This document shows positions 32,722 through 46,213 of a stretch of 64,000 nucleotides of DNA, piece by piece. Location: assembly GCA_951406725.2 (NCBI GenBank), contig OX597824.1, positions 20,150,001 through 20,214,000 of the forward strand, written 5' to 3'. The stretch is from Octopus vulgaris (taxonomy: Eukaryota). The notes below the pieces were generated by a model that saw only the letters and a list, made by a program, of their open reading frames with translations, had not been told where the DNA came from and did not search any database. How positions within the stretch are numbered: position 1 is the first letter of the stretch; every line of letters begins with the position of its first letter. Made by a program: the position numbers and the translations under genes.

Positions 32722-32935
32722 AGGTGAGATGGTTGAATCGGTAGCACGCTGGACAAAATGCTTAGCGGTATTTCGCCTGTCTTTACGTTCTGAGTTCAAA
32801 TTCTGCCGAGGTCGACTTTTCCTTTTATCCTTTCGGCGCCGATAAATTAAGTACCAGTGAAATACTGGGGTCGATTTAATCGACTAGTCTCTTCCCCCAA
32901 TATTTCAAGTCTTGTACCTATAATAGAAAGGATTA
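32722..32935 (+). mobile_element. Diverged SINE family C
   Basis: GAGTTCAAATTCTGCCGAGGTCGACTT..GATAAATTAAGTACCAG. Confidence 0.85.
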
Positions 32936-33129
32936 TTGTTGTTATGTGCGTTGTTGTTACTTTGTTTTGTACGAGCTATTTCAGCTCCCACCCTGGGACA
33001 TGAAGTCGTTTTAGTATGGGTGTTATTTATGAGTAGCAATGCTATATTGAGGGGTAAGTACATCAGATGCTGAGAACAAAGATTCTGTTAAATTCGTAAT
33101 GTTTCAATCTTGAAAGTGTTTTAAGAGAA

Positions 33130-33332
33130 TCAGGTATTTTCAGATTGGCAATGTTTTTCTCTGGATGAGGGCAGCATAAATGCGAACTGTTTTTTGTAGT
33201 TCGAATTGATACTTTAGAGCTTCCTGGCATTTATCCATAGCTTTTAAGATCGCCGTTTGGAATCATCTCCAAAGCTCCGATGATTACAGGGACAGTTGTT
33301 CTTTTCTGATTCCTCATTTCTGACACCTCAAG
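33130..33332 (-). mobile_element. RLE-type LINE C-terminal fragment
   Basis: LEVSEM..TTVPVIIGALEMIP..ELQKTV. Confidence 0.6.
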
Positions 33333-33339
33333 GCACGGA

Positions 33340-33950
33340 AGCTCAGCCAATGAGGGACTGTCCGAGATGCGCACACAGCAACGAAACCCCCATTGCACGC
33401 ACACGTCCCGTGTCCAAGCATTGTTGAGTTGTGAATTGATGTTGAACAGCTGCTATCTAGTGTAGGTCGAACTCGACTAGTGGCCGAGTCCATCGTGAGA
33501 TTCGCCCCACCACCTTCCTTTGACATGTCAAGGTAGGCGGTGTTCATCTATCTAGGAGATACGATGAAAGAGGTTTCGCGGTGGACGAGGCTGTAAGGAT
33601 TGAGAAAAGGTACCTTTCTCTTCGATCGAACCCTCGTAGAATTTGTGAAACGTGGCTGAATGAACTGATTGAAAGCATAGATTGGAGAACAATGTTTGGG
33701 TGGGGGTTCGTGCGTTTGGTGATCAGAGTAATCCTGGCTCCGTAGGTTTTCTCGATTGGCCCTAGTTGGAGTTAATCCCGAGTCAGTGCAACGTCATTCA
33801 TATGATCCCACACTTTGCATACAATGGATGCTTTTATCTCATTTCATCTTTTCTTTCTTTCTCTTCATGTTTTGTGTAAACCACCGGACAAATTGTAGAC
33901 TATCCTTATGAAGTCCCCATTATATATGCCCCTCTGGCAAATAAAAGATA
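33340..33950 (+). mobile_element. Tx1/L1-like LINE 3' end (zinc knuckle and 3' UTR), decayed
   Basis: CPRCAHSNET./LHAHVPCPSIVEL*IDVEQLL..MKEVSRWTR; tail GCCCCTCTGGCAAATAAAAGATA. Confidence 0.72.
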
Positions 33951-34184
33951 TCCCCCTCCTTCCATCCTCTTCTTCCCCCTCCGCCTCCTCCTCCTCATGA
34001 TCATCATCAGAACTGATGGATAGTTTTTATACACAAGCACACATGCTCAAACGTATAAGCGCACATACAAACTTTTATATAAATATTCGTCCTATATTTC
34101 TGGACTGCCATATTAGCTTGGCGATAACTATTAATATCCAGTACCGCTGCCGTAGTCTCCTTTAGGGGGACTTAGAAATATTAA

Positions 34185-34237
<53 letters not shown>

Positions 34238-34277
34238 CAACTCACCATGTGGAATAATCGAAATTCCTCCTTTTCTG

Positions 34278-34329
<52 letters not shown>

Positions 34330-34856
34330 GATATATATATATATATTTGTGTGTGTGTGTGTGTGTGCGTGCGTGTATACCATTAATATGAAATTCCGTA
34401 ACGCAAAATCTGCTTTTCCCACTCAATTCCATGATATAAATGAAATCCTGTTTCTATAGAATATTTTCAGTAAAAAAAAAAACCATACAACGGCTTTTAT
34501 AAATAAAATATATGTAAAGCGAAACATTTTAAACACATGAAGTGTAGTAAAATATAAAAAGAAATACATTTTGACAAGAAATACATTTTGAAATATACAC
34601 GAAGAAACGTTTACAATTCACTTGAATGATTGTCGTATTTTTTGCACATTAACTTCACTCAGATTGTCGATCCACACACACAGGAGCCGTTCCATTTTAA
34701 GATGCATATCAATTCTGGAGAAAACAATAATATACGAATTGCAAATGGCGTAGCACGTCCTGTGCAGAGCAATCCTTTAACGTTTCCTTTTTGAACCACT
34801 ACTGTCACCTTTATAGGTGATTTCTTAGCAGTCATTTTCATTAAGGTTAAGCCTTA

Positions 34857-35011
34857 AACAGCAGACATCATCAGGTAGTGTTTCACTAGCGAACAGCAGA
34901 CATCATCAGGTAGTGTTTCACTAGCGAACAGCAGACATCATCAGGTAGTGTTTCACTAGCGAACAGCAGACATCATCAGGTAGTGTTTCACTAGCAACCA
35001 GCGGACATCAT
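34857..35011. repeat. 35-bp minisatellite, ~4.4 copies
   Basis: AACAGCAGACATCATCAGGTAGTGTTTCACTAGCG in perfect tandem, no spacers. Confidence 0.97.
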
Positions 35012-35253
35012 ATACATATTCTGAGCTACAATAGCAACAACATGAATTTCTTCCATCTTCTTGCTCTGTTAAGGTATTTGAGAAAAATTATATTAATGTG
35101 TCCAACTGGTTAAAATCCTATTTATTTGTGCTGCTGGTGATAACACTGCATTTAAATTGATTTAATGATTGCATCGTTCAATTAAATGGAGCTTCTTGAA
35201 ACGGTCGTGCTGCATCACTTCTTGATAACCTGTTACTTATTTTGGTACTTACA

Positions 35254-35356
<103 letters not shown>

Positions 35357-35357
35357 G

Positions 35358-36515
35358 TTAGAAAAAATAAGGTACTCAGAGATCTGGATGGTTGTACATA
35401 TTACAAATATTTATTAACATGTCACATATTTTTACAAATCATATATAAGCGCTTTCGTCTACTCTAGTAGATTCTTCAGATTAAAATTTTGTGAAGGGAT
35501 TTGTCTCCTTTTATACTATTAGTGAATGGGTTGGGGTGGAGAGAGAGGGGAGGAAAAGAGGGAGAGGAATGGGGAGATAGTGGAGGGAGAAAGTGAGAGC
35601 GTGTGTGTCTGTCTATCTGAAAGGAAGCATTTTGAACAAGAGACAAAGAGAAAAGGAAACGAATATATATTTTTAAGTTGGTGGCTAGAACAAATGCTTA
35701 CTCACCAGGGAGTCTGAAAGAAAAATATCTTCAAAGTGAAAAAGTGTTTTTTTCTTAATGTCAATGGAAAAAGAAGAAAAAATGTGTTTATATCTATACA
35801 GTTGGTCAGTTCTTTCAATAGAAGACGACAAGTTGATTCTTGGTCTGTAAAAAATGGCAAGACCAGGTGGTTACTCTAAGGGGGGTCTGTCTTGATGAGG
35901 AATAATGAAAGTTATTTTTCAAAAAATTGGATGATGATAATAAGTCTAGACAATTTTCCATTGACATTAAGAAAAAACACATTTTTTCGCTTTGAAAACA
36001 TTCTTCTTTCAGACTCCTCGGTGAGCTGGCTGAACCAAAGTAAGTAACTGTTCTAGCCACCTACTTAAGAATATATATTCTTTTCCTTTCTCTTTGTCTC
36101 TTGTTCAAAACGCTTCCTTTCAGATACACAGGCACATACACACGCACACACGAACGCACGCATACACACACTCACAAACACACACACACACGCATACACG
36201 CACACACATGCATACACACACATACACACACACATTCTCTCTCTCTCTCACTTTCTCCCTCCACTATATCTCCATTCCACTCCCTCTTTTCCTACCCTAT
36301 ACACTCCACATTACTCTTTTTACCCATCTATCTCTCCACCCCAACCCATTCACTAATACTATAAAAAATGACAAATCCCTTCACAAAATTTTAATCTGAA
36401 GAATCTATTAGAGTAGATGAAGTCGCTTATATGTGATTGGTAAAAACATGTGACATGTTAATAAATATTTGTATATGTACAACCATCCAGATCTCTGAGT
36501 ACCTTATTTTTCTAA
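35358..36515. mobile_element. Fold-back element with a hammerhead-like motif in each arm
   Basis: 35358-35770 is the reverse complement of 35954-36515; minus 35443-35484 reads CTGAAGA-ATCTAC-taga-GTAGAC-GAAA-GCGC-TT; damaged partner at 36393-36432. Confidence 0.85.
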
Positions 36516-36610
36516 TATATAATATCTGTACATCATCTCCAAACCTTCTAATATATATACTTGTTAAATTCTTATAAAGATTTTATCCTAATTTAAATTT
36601 ATACATACAT

Positions 36611-36657
<47 letters not shown>

Positions 36658-36661
<4 letters not shown>

Positions 36662-36859
36662 ATCCAAACAAGAAAGCACAAAAAAACACAACAACGCGAG
36701 GACGTGGAACAAATATAGTATTATTGGACGCTCAGGAAAGAAGGAGGGTTTAACGTTTCGAGCGGAGCTCTTCGTCGGAAACATAGGGGAAGGAAAAATC
36801 CAGAGAAGGGAAGACAGAGGGAAAAAAATCGCCAACGGTATACACGCGGTCACATTTTG

Positions 36860-36862
<3 letters not shown>
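36658..36862 (-). mobile_element. Family E (TA)n-inserted element with hammerhead-like motif (36747-36783)
   Basis: GTTT-CCGACGA-A-GAGC-tcc-GCTC-GAAAC-GTT-AAAC. Confidence 0.75.
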
Positions 36863-36898
<36 letters not shown>

Positions 36899-37447
36899 GG
36901 TGGGCTTCTTTCAGTTTCCATCTACCATATCCACTTCTTGAAGCACTCCGTCGGTTACGACGATGAGGGTTCCGGTTGATCCGATTCAACGGAACAGCCT
37001 GCTCGTGAAATTAACATGTAAGTGGCTGAGCACTCCACAGACACGTGCACCCTTAACGTAGTTCTCGGGGATATTCAGCGTGACACAGAGAGTGACAAGG
37101 CCGGCCCTTTGAAATACAGGTACAACAGAAACAGGAAGTAAGAGTGAGAGAAAGTTGTGGTGAAAGAGTACAGCAGGGATCACCACCATCCCCTGCCGGA
37201 GCTTCGTGGAGCTTTTAGGAGTTTTCGCTCAATAAACACTCACAACGCCCGGTCTGGGAATCGAAACTGCGATCCTATGACCGCGAGTCCGCTGCCCTAA
37301 CCACTGGGCCATTGCGCCTCCACTCATATCCACTTACAAGGCTTTGGTCGGCCCGAGGCTATGGTAGAAGACACTTGGCCAAGGTGCCACGCAGTGGGAC
37401 TGAATCTGGAACCATGAGGTTGGGAAGCAAGCTTCTTACCATACAGT
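36899..37447 (-). mobile_element. SINE A 5' half interrupted by SINE B
   Basis: Host segments 36899-36936 and 37325-37447. Confidence 0.85.
36937..37324 (-). mobile_element. SINE family B with 11-bp TSD
   Basis: CATATCCACTT at 36926-36936 and 37325-37335. Confidence 0.95.
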
Positions 37448-37761
37448 CCAAAAATTGCACACGGAAAGCTTTTGGCACAGACGTTCATGAAGCCGCTTTC
37501 CCGCCGTTGAAAGGTTAAAGTATTGTATTCTACGTACTGTCAGACCATTTTTAGAAGCTTTGTGTTTGCCCTTTCGCCGCCTCACAACTTCGTAATGGAG
37601 CGATTCGGCTGAAACGGTAACCAAGCTAGAATAAGTCTCAGGCATAAAAGAAGTCATTGATTTGAGTTGTGGGACTGAACGCTTCAAGGCGGTGCCCCAG
37701 AATGGCCGCTGTCCCAACGACGAAAAACTAGTTGAAGAGCAAAAAAGACAAACACGTTATG

Positions 37762-37769
37762 TAGACAGG

Positions 37770-37830
<61 letters not shown>

Positions 37831-37950
37831 TGATAGATAATGTATGACAGACGGACAGACAGATAGATAGATAGCTAGACAGACAGACTGACAGACAGAG
37901 CAACAGACATATATCTAGATAAATATATAGACAGATATATAGAAAGATAA

Positions 37951-38033
<83 letters not shown>

Positions 38034-38036
38034 CAT

Positions 38037-38085
<49 letters not shown>

Positions 38086-38098
38086 TAGATAGATAGAC

Positions 38099-38149
<51 letters not shown>

Positions 38150-38210
38150 CAGATAGATAGATAGATAGATAGATAGATATATAGACAGACAGGCAGAGAG
38201 AGAGAGAGAG

Positions 38211-38249
<39 letters not shown>

Positions 38250-38250
38250 C

Positions 38251-38324
<74 letters not shown>

Positions 38325-38334
38325 GCAGGCAGAC

Positions 38335-38374
<40 letters not shown>

Positions 38375-38398
38375 TGGTAGACAGACAGACAGACAGAC
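37762..38398. repeat. (GATA)n/(GACA)n/(GA)n tract
   Basis: Directly visible. Confidence 0.97.
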
Positions 38399-39117
38399 TC
38401 CAGTTCAATCTTTCTTTTCTCAATCATTTTTCCTATTTCCTTATTTGTTCCTTCCACTGTGTTTCCAACAATAAATTTCCTATGTCTATCGATGTTTCTG
38501 GAAACTTCCCCACCACCACTCACCCGTTTTTATCTTCTAGCAGAATAAAGTTCTGTTTCTGTTTTTGTTTTGCGTTTTCTTAAAAAAAATTTTTTTTTAT
38601 TACCGGCATTTGTTATTGTTTGTTTTCATTTATTTAGTTTTTCATTTATTTATTTATTTATTTATTTAGTTGTTTGTTTGTAAAGCGCAAGAATTATGGG
38701 ATTGATGTGTTAATATATCATGACGTCATTAATGCCGGATTTGACAATTTGAACCTCGAACATCGGGTTTCTTTCAGCAATGAAGAAATAAATTAAATTG
38801 TTGGTGTTGGTGTTGTTAGTGATGGTGGTGGTGGTGGTGGTGGCGGCGGCGGCAGTGGTGGAGGAGGAGGAGGAGTCGTTTTATTGTTGTTGTTGTTGGT
38901 GGTGGTGGTGGTGCTGCTGATGGTTTTTGTTGGTGTTGTTTTTGAGGTTATTTGCTCTTGTTTTTATTGTTATTGTCGTCGTTGGTGTTGCTGCTGCTGC
39001 TGCTGTTGTTGTTGTTGTTGTTTAACCACAGGTCAAAGTCTCGACCGACCATACCAGTGATTAATGTTATTTCTTTCAGCAATCATATGCAGTATATATA
39101 TATATATATATATATAT

Positions 39118-39328
39118 TACTCTTTACTCTTTTACTTGTTTCAGTCATTTGACTGCGGCCATGCTGGAGCACCGCCTTTAATCGAGCAACTCGAACCCGG
39201 GACTTATTCTTTTGTAAGCCCAGTACTTATTCTATCGGTCTCTTTTGCTGAACCGCAAAGTAATGGGGACGTAAACACACCAGCATCGGTTGTCAAGCAA
39301 TGCAAGGGGGACAAACACAGACACACAA

Positions 39329-39361
<33 letters not shown>

Positions 39362-39535
39362 CACATTTATACGACATGCTTCTTTCAGTTTCCGTCTACC
39401 AAATCTACTCACAAGGCTTTGGTCGGCCCGAGGCTATAGTAGAAGACACTTGCCGAAGGTGCCACGCAGTGGGACTGAACCCGGAACCATGTGGTTGGTA
39501 ATCAAGCTACTTACCACACAGCAACTCCTGCGCCT
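39118..39535 (-). mobile_element. SINE family A, full length
   Basis: Matches family consensus. Confidence 0.93.
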
Positions 39536-39559
39536 ATATATATATATATACATATATAT

Positions 39560-39936
39560 ATTCTTTTATTTGTTCCAGTTATTTGACTGCGGCCATGCTG
39601 GAACACCACTTGTAGTCGAACGAATCGACTCCAGTACTCATTCTTTGTAAGTCAAATACTTATTCTATCGGTCTCTGTTGCCGAACCGTTATGCTACAAG
39701 GACGTAAACGCACCAACATCGGTTGTCAAGCGATGGGGTGGCGACAAACACAGACACACAAATACATCATACATACATTATATATATATCCGACGGGCTT
39801 CCTCCAGTTTCCATCAACTAAATCCACTTACAAGGCTTTGGACGGCCCGAGGCTAAAGCAAAAGACACTCCATTGGACTGAACCCGTAACCATCTGGTTG
39901 GAAGCAAGCTTCTTTACACACGGCCACTCCTACGCC
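39560..39936 (-). mobile_element. Older SINE family A copy
   Basis: Collinear with the consensus but diverged. Confidence 0.85.
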
Positions 39937-39973
39937 ACACCCACATATTATACGCACACATACACACGCACAC

Positions 39974-40300
<327 letters not shown>

Positions 40301-40479
40301 TGCATATACATATACACATACATAGGTTTCAAGTTTTGGCACAAGGCTAGCAATTTCGGGAGTGGGGTTACTCGATTACATCGACCCCAGTATCAACTGA
40401 TTTTGTCAACCCAGAAAGGATTTAAAGCAAAATTGACCATGGCGGAATTTGAACTCAAAACGTAGAGACGGGCGAAATG

Positions 40480-40519
<40 letters not shown>

Positions 40520-40542
40520 TGTGCGTGCATGCGTGTGCGCAT

Positions 40543-40622
<80 letters not shown>

Positions 40623-40631
40623 ATCGGTAGG

Positions 40632-40699
<68 letters not shown>

Positions 40700-41301
40700 C
40701 GCACACATGACGGTTTTCGGTGCAGTTGTCTACCACATCATTGTACATTTGTCAACTCAGGTCGTTCTGTTACCAAGTAATATTGTTTTTTTCATCTACT
40801 TTTTCTTTTGCATTATATATTATAAATGGTTCCTCGATGCAAAAACAGGTTCAGCTGGCGAAAAAGGCGACATTTTTTTTTTCTTTTCGCGATGTGATTT
40901 TTCTTCTTCTTTTTTTGCCTGCGTAACAGTTTGAGTAATGAAGTTTACGACTTTTCTGTTTGTAAACAGTTTTGCTAAGTGCATTAGTCACCTAAGATAT
41001 ATCTGTGGCTTTTTGTTGTCTTGCGGTTTATACGTACAAACACGCGCGACACCCTCACACACGCACATACACACACACACACGCACACACTCACACACAC
41101 ACACATCACACAGATTTCTGACTGGATTTTAGCAATCCTATTTCCATTATGGACAACTAGTAACCACTCAAAAATGATCTTCAGTAGTTACGGCAGGGAT
41201 TTGATTAGACGGTAGCCAATCCATCCATCCATCCGTCAATACATACATACATACATACATACATACATACATACACATGTATATATATATATATATATTT
41301 T

Positions 41302-41356
<55 letters not shown>

Positions 41357-41665
41357 CACATATATATATATATATATATATACATATATATACGCATATA
41401 TAGATGTATATCTGTATGTGTATGTACGTATGTGTGTATATATATATACACATATATAAATACACAGACATACACACACACGAGCACTCAAAATACTTCA
41501 ACGAGTAGGCATTGAACCCTTTTAATGCTTACGCACGTAAGCAATTATGCATTGCAATATATATATATGTGTGTATGTGTGTGTGTATATATAGACACAC
41601 ATATATATGTATATCTATGTGTTGCATATATATATGTATGTATATGCATATATATACACACACAC

Positions 41666-41734
<69 letters not shown>

Positions 41735-41761
41735 CACACACATATATTAATGTATGTATGC

Positions 41762-41818
<57 letters not shown>

Positions 41819-41924
41819 GGAGAGAGAGTGATAGTAGACAAACGGAGAGAAATCATAGATTACATAGAGCTTAAAAGTCCTTTTGTGCCCTTTCCTAACA
41901 GTTGAAAGGCTATGATATACATAC

Positions 41925-42101
<177 letters not shown>

Positions 42102-42380
42102 TATGTATGTATTTATATGTATACATGCAAAGCATAAGCATCTTTTCTTACCTTTCTAACCTTAAACAAGATATTTCAGTACTGGTACAAAAAAAAAAAA
42201 AACCCGATAATGAATAAGTAAATGTGGTAGAGGTAGATATAAACCCCTGCTGAGTCAAAGATAAAAGTTCCAATGAGAATTATAGAATTCGGTAAAAAAA
42301 CCTTTGCTGATGTACCGTAAAGATTGTTGATAAACTTCTACTGCGTGGGAGGTAAAACTCCATTGAGTATCACGCAGTTG

Positions 42381-42415
<35 letters not shown>

Positions 42416-42679
42416 AATATATAAAGGTAAGATCCAAGGATCAAAGTGTAGGAAGTTAGTAAGCTTCGAGCAGTCTGTAGAAGGTACAAACATACAACTT
42501 CCGGGAATAAGTGGTTTATTGATGTAGAAGGTTGTAAATTTTCCCATATCGAAGTTCGATAAGCTGAAGAATGATATTTTATAGTTAGCAGCTCCGGTTT
42601 GGTGTGTGTGCGAATAAAAATCCAAATTTAGGGAATTAGGGAATGGAGTGGATAACTACTCCTTCATTCTCTAAATTTC

Positions 42680-42740
<61 letters not shown>

Positions 42741-42954
42741 CTCGACCCTATTAATAGTCCATTACCGTTTAAAACAAAGCTCTGCCAAACCGATGGGTAG
42801 AGTTTGGCTCAGCACCTGATGCAGCCCAGACTACATCCTCAGCCACACTGGGCCATAGTCACAGGTCCCTCTCCGATATGAGAGTCTCACCAGTCCCTCG
42901 ACATGCTCAGTGTGTTTAGCATAACCGTCTGACACAGTTGTTTCCTAAATTCCC

Positions 42955-43112
42955 TGTCACCAATCTGGAGCGTACGTAATGCCAAGAGCTGAAAAAAGCA
43001 GGGATCGAACTGGAAAGAAACTGAGAAGACAGCTCGGACGTCCCCAGAATCGAGAACTTTACAGAAATGTCGTCGACGGCCTGATTCAAAAGTGGTGAAC
43101 GGTTTAAGTGAA
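42955..43112 (+). mobile_element. Possible RTE-like LINE 3' end
   Basis: Decayed ELKKAGI..NR..RNVVDGL..KW pattern. Confidence 0.4.
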
Positions 43113-43355
43113 GTAATTTCGCTACAATAAAATTTACCAGTAACCTTAATACACAACCTACCAAGGAACAGTATAGCAAATTGAGGAACAGTAGTTTCCT
43201 CGGTAAACAAACCCATTCAATCATGGATGTGAGATCAATCAGAAATATCAATATAGAAGATAATATGATAAAGATAACCGGGAAACTTCTCTCGTCAGTA
43301 ACCAATCGGTTTATATATCTTTTATCTTAACACAAACACACACACATGCCTATGT

Positions 43356-43441
<86 letters not shown>

Positions 43442-43443
<2 letters not shown>

Positions 43444-43785
43444 AATGAAAGACAGAAAAGGGAATATTCGAGAATTTATTATTAATCAAGACAATTGTTT
43501 CGACACATCTAGCGTCGATTCCTCATAGGTGGGACACTCAACAACTGCTTCAGGGGCATCCGGTGGTGCAGATGTATCTCGTCGGGTGATAAATAAATAA
43601 AAATAACGCGTTAAAATGACTGTTCCACAATGTAACTTTCTGTTTTGTAAAGAAAAACACCCAGATGGAGGGAAAATGTTCATATATATATATAGAAGAT
43701 CGAAAATAAAATTGCAGAATACAAAAAGAGAAACGAACACATAATCCAGCGAGGAAAGTACGGAAAATAATCGTTAACAGATATA
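43442..43785 (-). mobile_element. Family D solo pseudo-LTR fragment with hammerhead-like motif (43485-43590)
   Basis: ATCAC-CCGACGA-GATACATCT-(59 nt)-AGATGTGTC-GAAA-CAATTG-TC-TTGAT, then AATAAA and (TA)n; duplicate at 56445-56788. Confidence 0.75.
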
Positions 43786-43807
43786 TATATATATTTATGT
43801 ATGATGG

Positions 43808-44096
43808 ACTCTCCCGTCGTCAGACGACGTATGAGGGTTCTTACCGAATAATCAAACAGATAATTTGCCTATAGCGATCAAATGTTTGTGTACACATAAG
43901 CTCACTACCTCCATCAGATCGACATTACCTGTACAGGTGCAACGGGTCCCACGTGTCAGATGTGGAAATGTTCGCAGAGCAACGTGAAATGAAGTGCTTA
44001 GCTCAAGAACGCAACGCAACGCCCGGTCCGGGGATCGAAACCACGGTCTCGCAATCGTGAGTGGAACAGCTTAACCACTAAGCCATGCGCCTTCAC
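43808..44096 (-). mobile_element. SINE with B-related tRNA head, older subfamily (duplicate at 56811-57099)
   Basis: GTGAAGGCGCATGGCTTAGTGG..GGTTTCGATCCCCGGACCGGGCG. Confidence 0.8.
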
Positions 44097-44254
44097 AATA
44101 TATAAACATAGTACTAACAATAATACTCTTTGGATGGACTTTATAAATATTTTAATGCACACACATACATATATATGTCTGTATATGTATGTATATATGT
44201 GTATATATGTATATATATATATATGTGTATGTATGTATGTATGTATATATATAC

Positions 44255-44318
<64 letters not shown>

Positions 44319-44319
<1 letters not shown>

Positions 44320-44709
44320 TAGCAGTATCGCCCGGCGTTGCTCGGGTTTGTTTCGACCCTTTAGAATTGGAATTTTTGAAAAGTAAAACTTTTGCATTAT
44401 GTAGCTTGTTGTTCTCTTCAAGTGAACATTTTTCTGGTTGAAATATACAGAAAAGTGGCGACACAGCAGTGAAAAAATCGTAAAAAATAGGGATTTTCAT
44501 AGAAAAAAGCACCTTTTTGATGTAAATAATCTTTAGTGTTAACATGGTCCGATTTGAATTTTATCTTCTACGGAAGGAAGAGCAAGCGTTCTTCTATCAT
44601 AATCTCAATTTTGGTCAACTTGCGCCACAGGGTCTCGGAGGAGATAGTGTTAGTTGAAAGTTACCAAACCTAGCGCACACAGACAACTTCAGCTTTATAT
44701 AGAGAGAGA
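44319..44709 (-). mobile_element. Non-autonomous Helitron (duplicate at 57334-57724)
   Basis: 5' TC..TATATAAAG; 3' hairpin CCCGAGCAACGCCGGG followed by CTAG; inserted between A and T. Confidence 0.85.
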
Positions 44710-44817
44710 TAACACACACACATGTACACATACATACACACACACATGTATGTATGGATGTATGTATGTATATATGTACATCTGTCCACTTCTTGCCATA
44801 TTTTTATCCTTCACTTC

Positions 44818-44886
<69 letters not shown>

Positions 44887-45443
44887 CACACACCTTCTTA
44901 GCTTACAATTTGTTTCTTTCAACAATTGACAACTGAAGTACGCTCGCAAATTAATACTACCAAAACTTAGCGATAGAAAGTAAATTAAAAACCAATTTTA
45001 ATTTATAAATTATAGAATGGAATGTACTTCGAAAAATCATAGATAAATTCCAATTGAAGAAATTGTGTGAGGAGTAAATCGTTATGTATTTATTTGTTTC
45101 TGTTTCCTGTGTATTTTTTTTTGAGTTGTGTTTGAAGGTACACTTGCAAAGAGAAAGTAGGAGAAAGTGTGGTAATAGAAGGAGTGAAGCATTTGAAATT
45201 AGAGAGGCAAATCGTAAAATATTTAGTTATCTCGAAGTTTTGCTTAATTGGGGGTCAAATTGAAAAAACTTTATTTGCCATGACCCAATCGAATCTACTT
45301 CGAAAAATCATAGGTAAATTCCAATTGAAGAAATTCTATATTGTACAATTGTATTAAAAACAAACTATGTGAGAGGCAGAGAAAATCTGCCTTTTATCAT
45401 AAGATTATCATAAGAGATTATCATAAGATATATATATTTACAT

Positions 45444-45503
<60 letters not shown>

Positions 45504-45612
45504 CTTCAAACACGTGTACCGCGATATCCTTTGTGTTCTGTTTTTAATTTATATTTGATATATATATATATATATATTTACATACATACATACACATATA
45601 TACATACATACA

Positions 45613-45702
<90 letters not shown>

Positions 45703-45804
45703 ATTTCCCTTTAGTTATTGCGATGCTAATGACCTGATATACAAGTCAATATGCGTATGCTTCTGAACGAAGCGTTAGTCAAGGACAAAGCGGTAATAGG
45801 AAAA

Positions 45805-46169
45805 TATTTGACAAATGAATAATCGATTATTTTATGAACTTCAATAGCTCACAGCTGTTTACGCTATAAGATGCAGTAGACTCATAGTTGAGTGCCTGAG
45901 TAACACCCTATAGCTTCATCGAAGCCTCAAACATGAAGTGCAACTTATTTGGGAAAACAATTACATTTATGCATTTTACGTTTAAGCGCAGGAGTGGCTG
46001 TGTGGTAAGTAGTTTGCTTACCAACCACATGATTCGGGTTCATTCTCACTGCGTGGCACCTTGGGCAAGTGTCTTCTACTATAGCCACGGGCCGACCAAA
46101 CCCTTGTGAGTGGATTTGGTAGACGAAAACTGAAAGAAGCCCGTCGTATATATATATATATGTGTGGGA

Positions 46170-46213
<44 letters not shown>

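Noticed and set aside
33314-33547. GC-richer minus-strand ORF MNTAYLDMSK.. (and an upstream frame separated by a single TAG, suggesting readthrough)
   Set aside because: Antisense shadow of the plus-strand Tx1/L1-like zinc-knuckle region
34664-34794. Possible plus-strand exon IVDPHTQEPFHFK..
   Set aside because: Short, no recognisable protein, no partner exons
34857-35011. CRISPR-like 35-bp periodic repeat
   Set aside because: No unique spacers; head-to-tail minisatellite in eukaryotic DNA
38721-38728. CRE palindrome TGACGTCA as a regulatory site
   Set aside because: A single 8-mer without an identified promoter or gene
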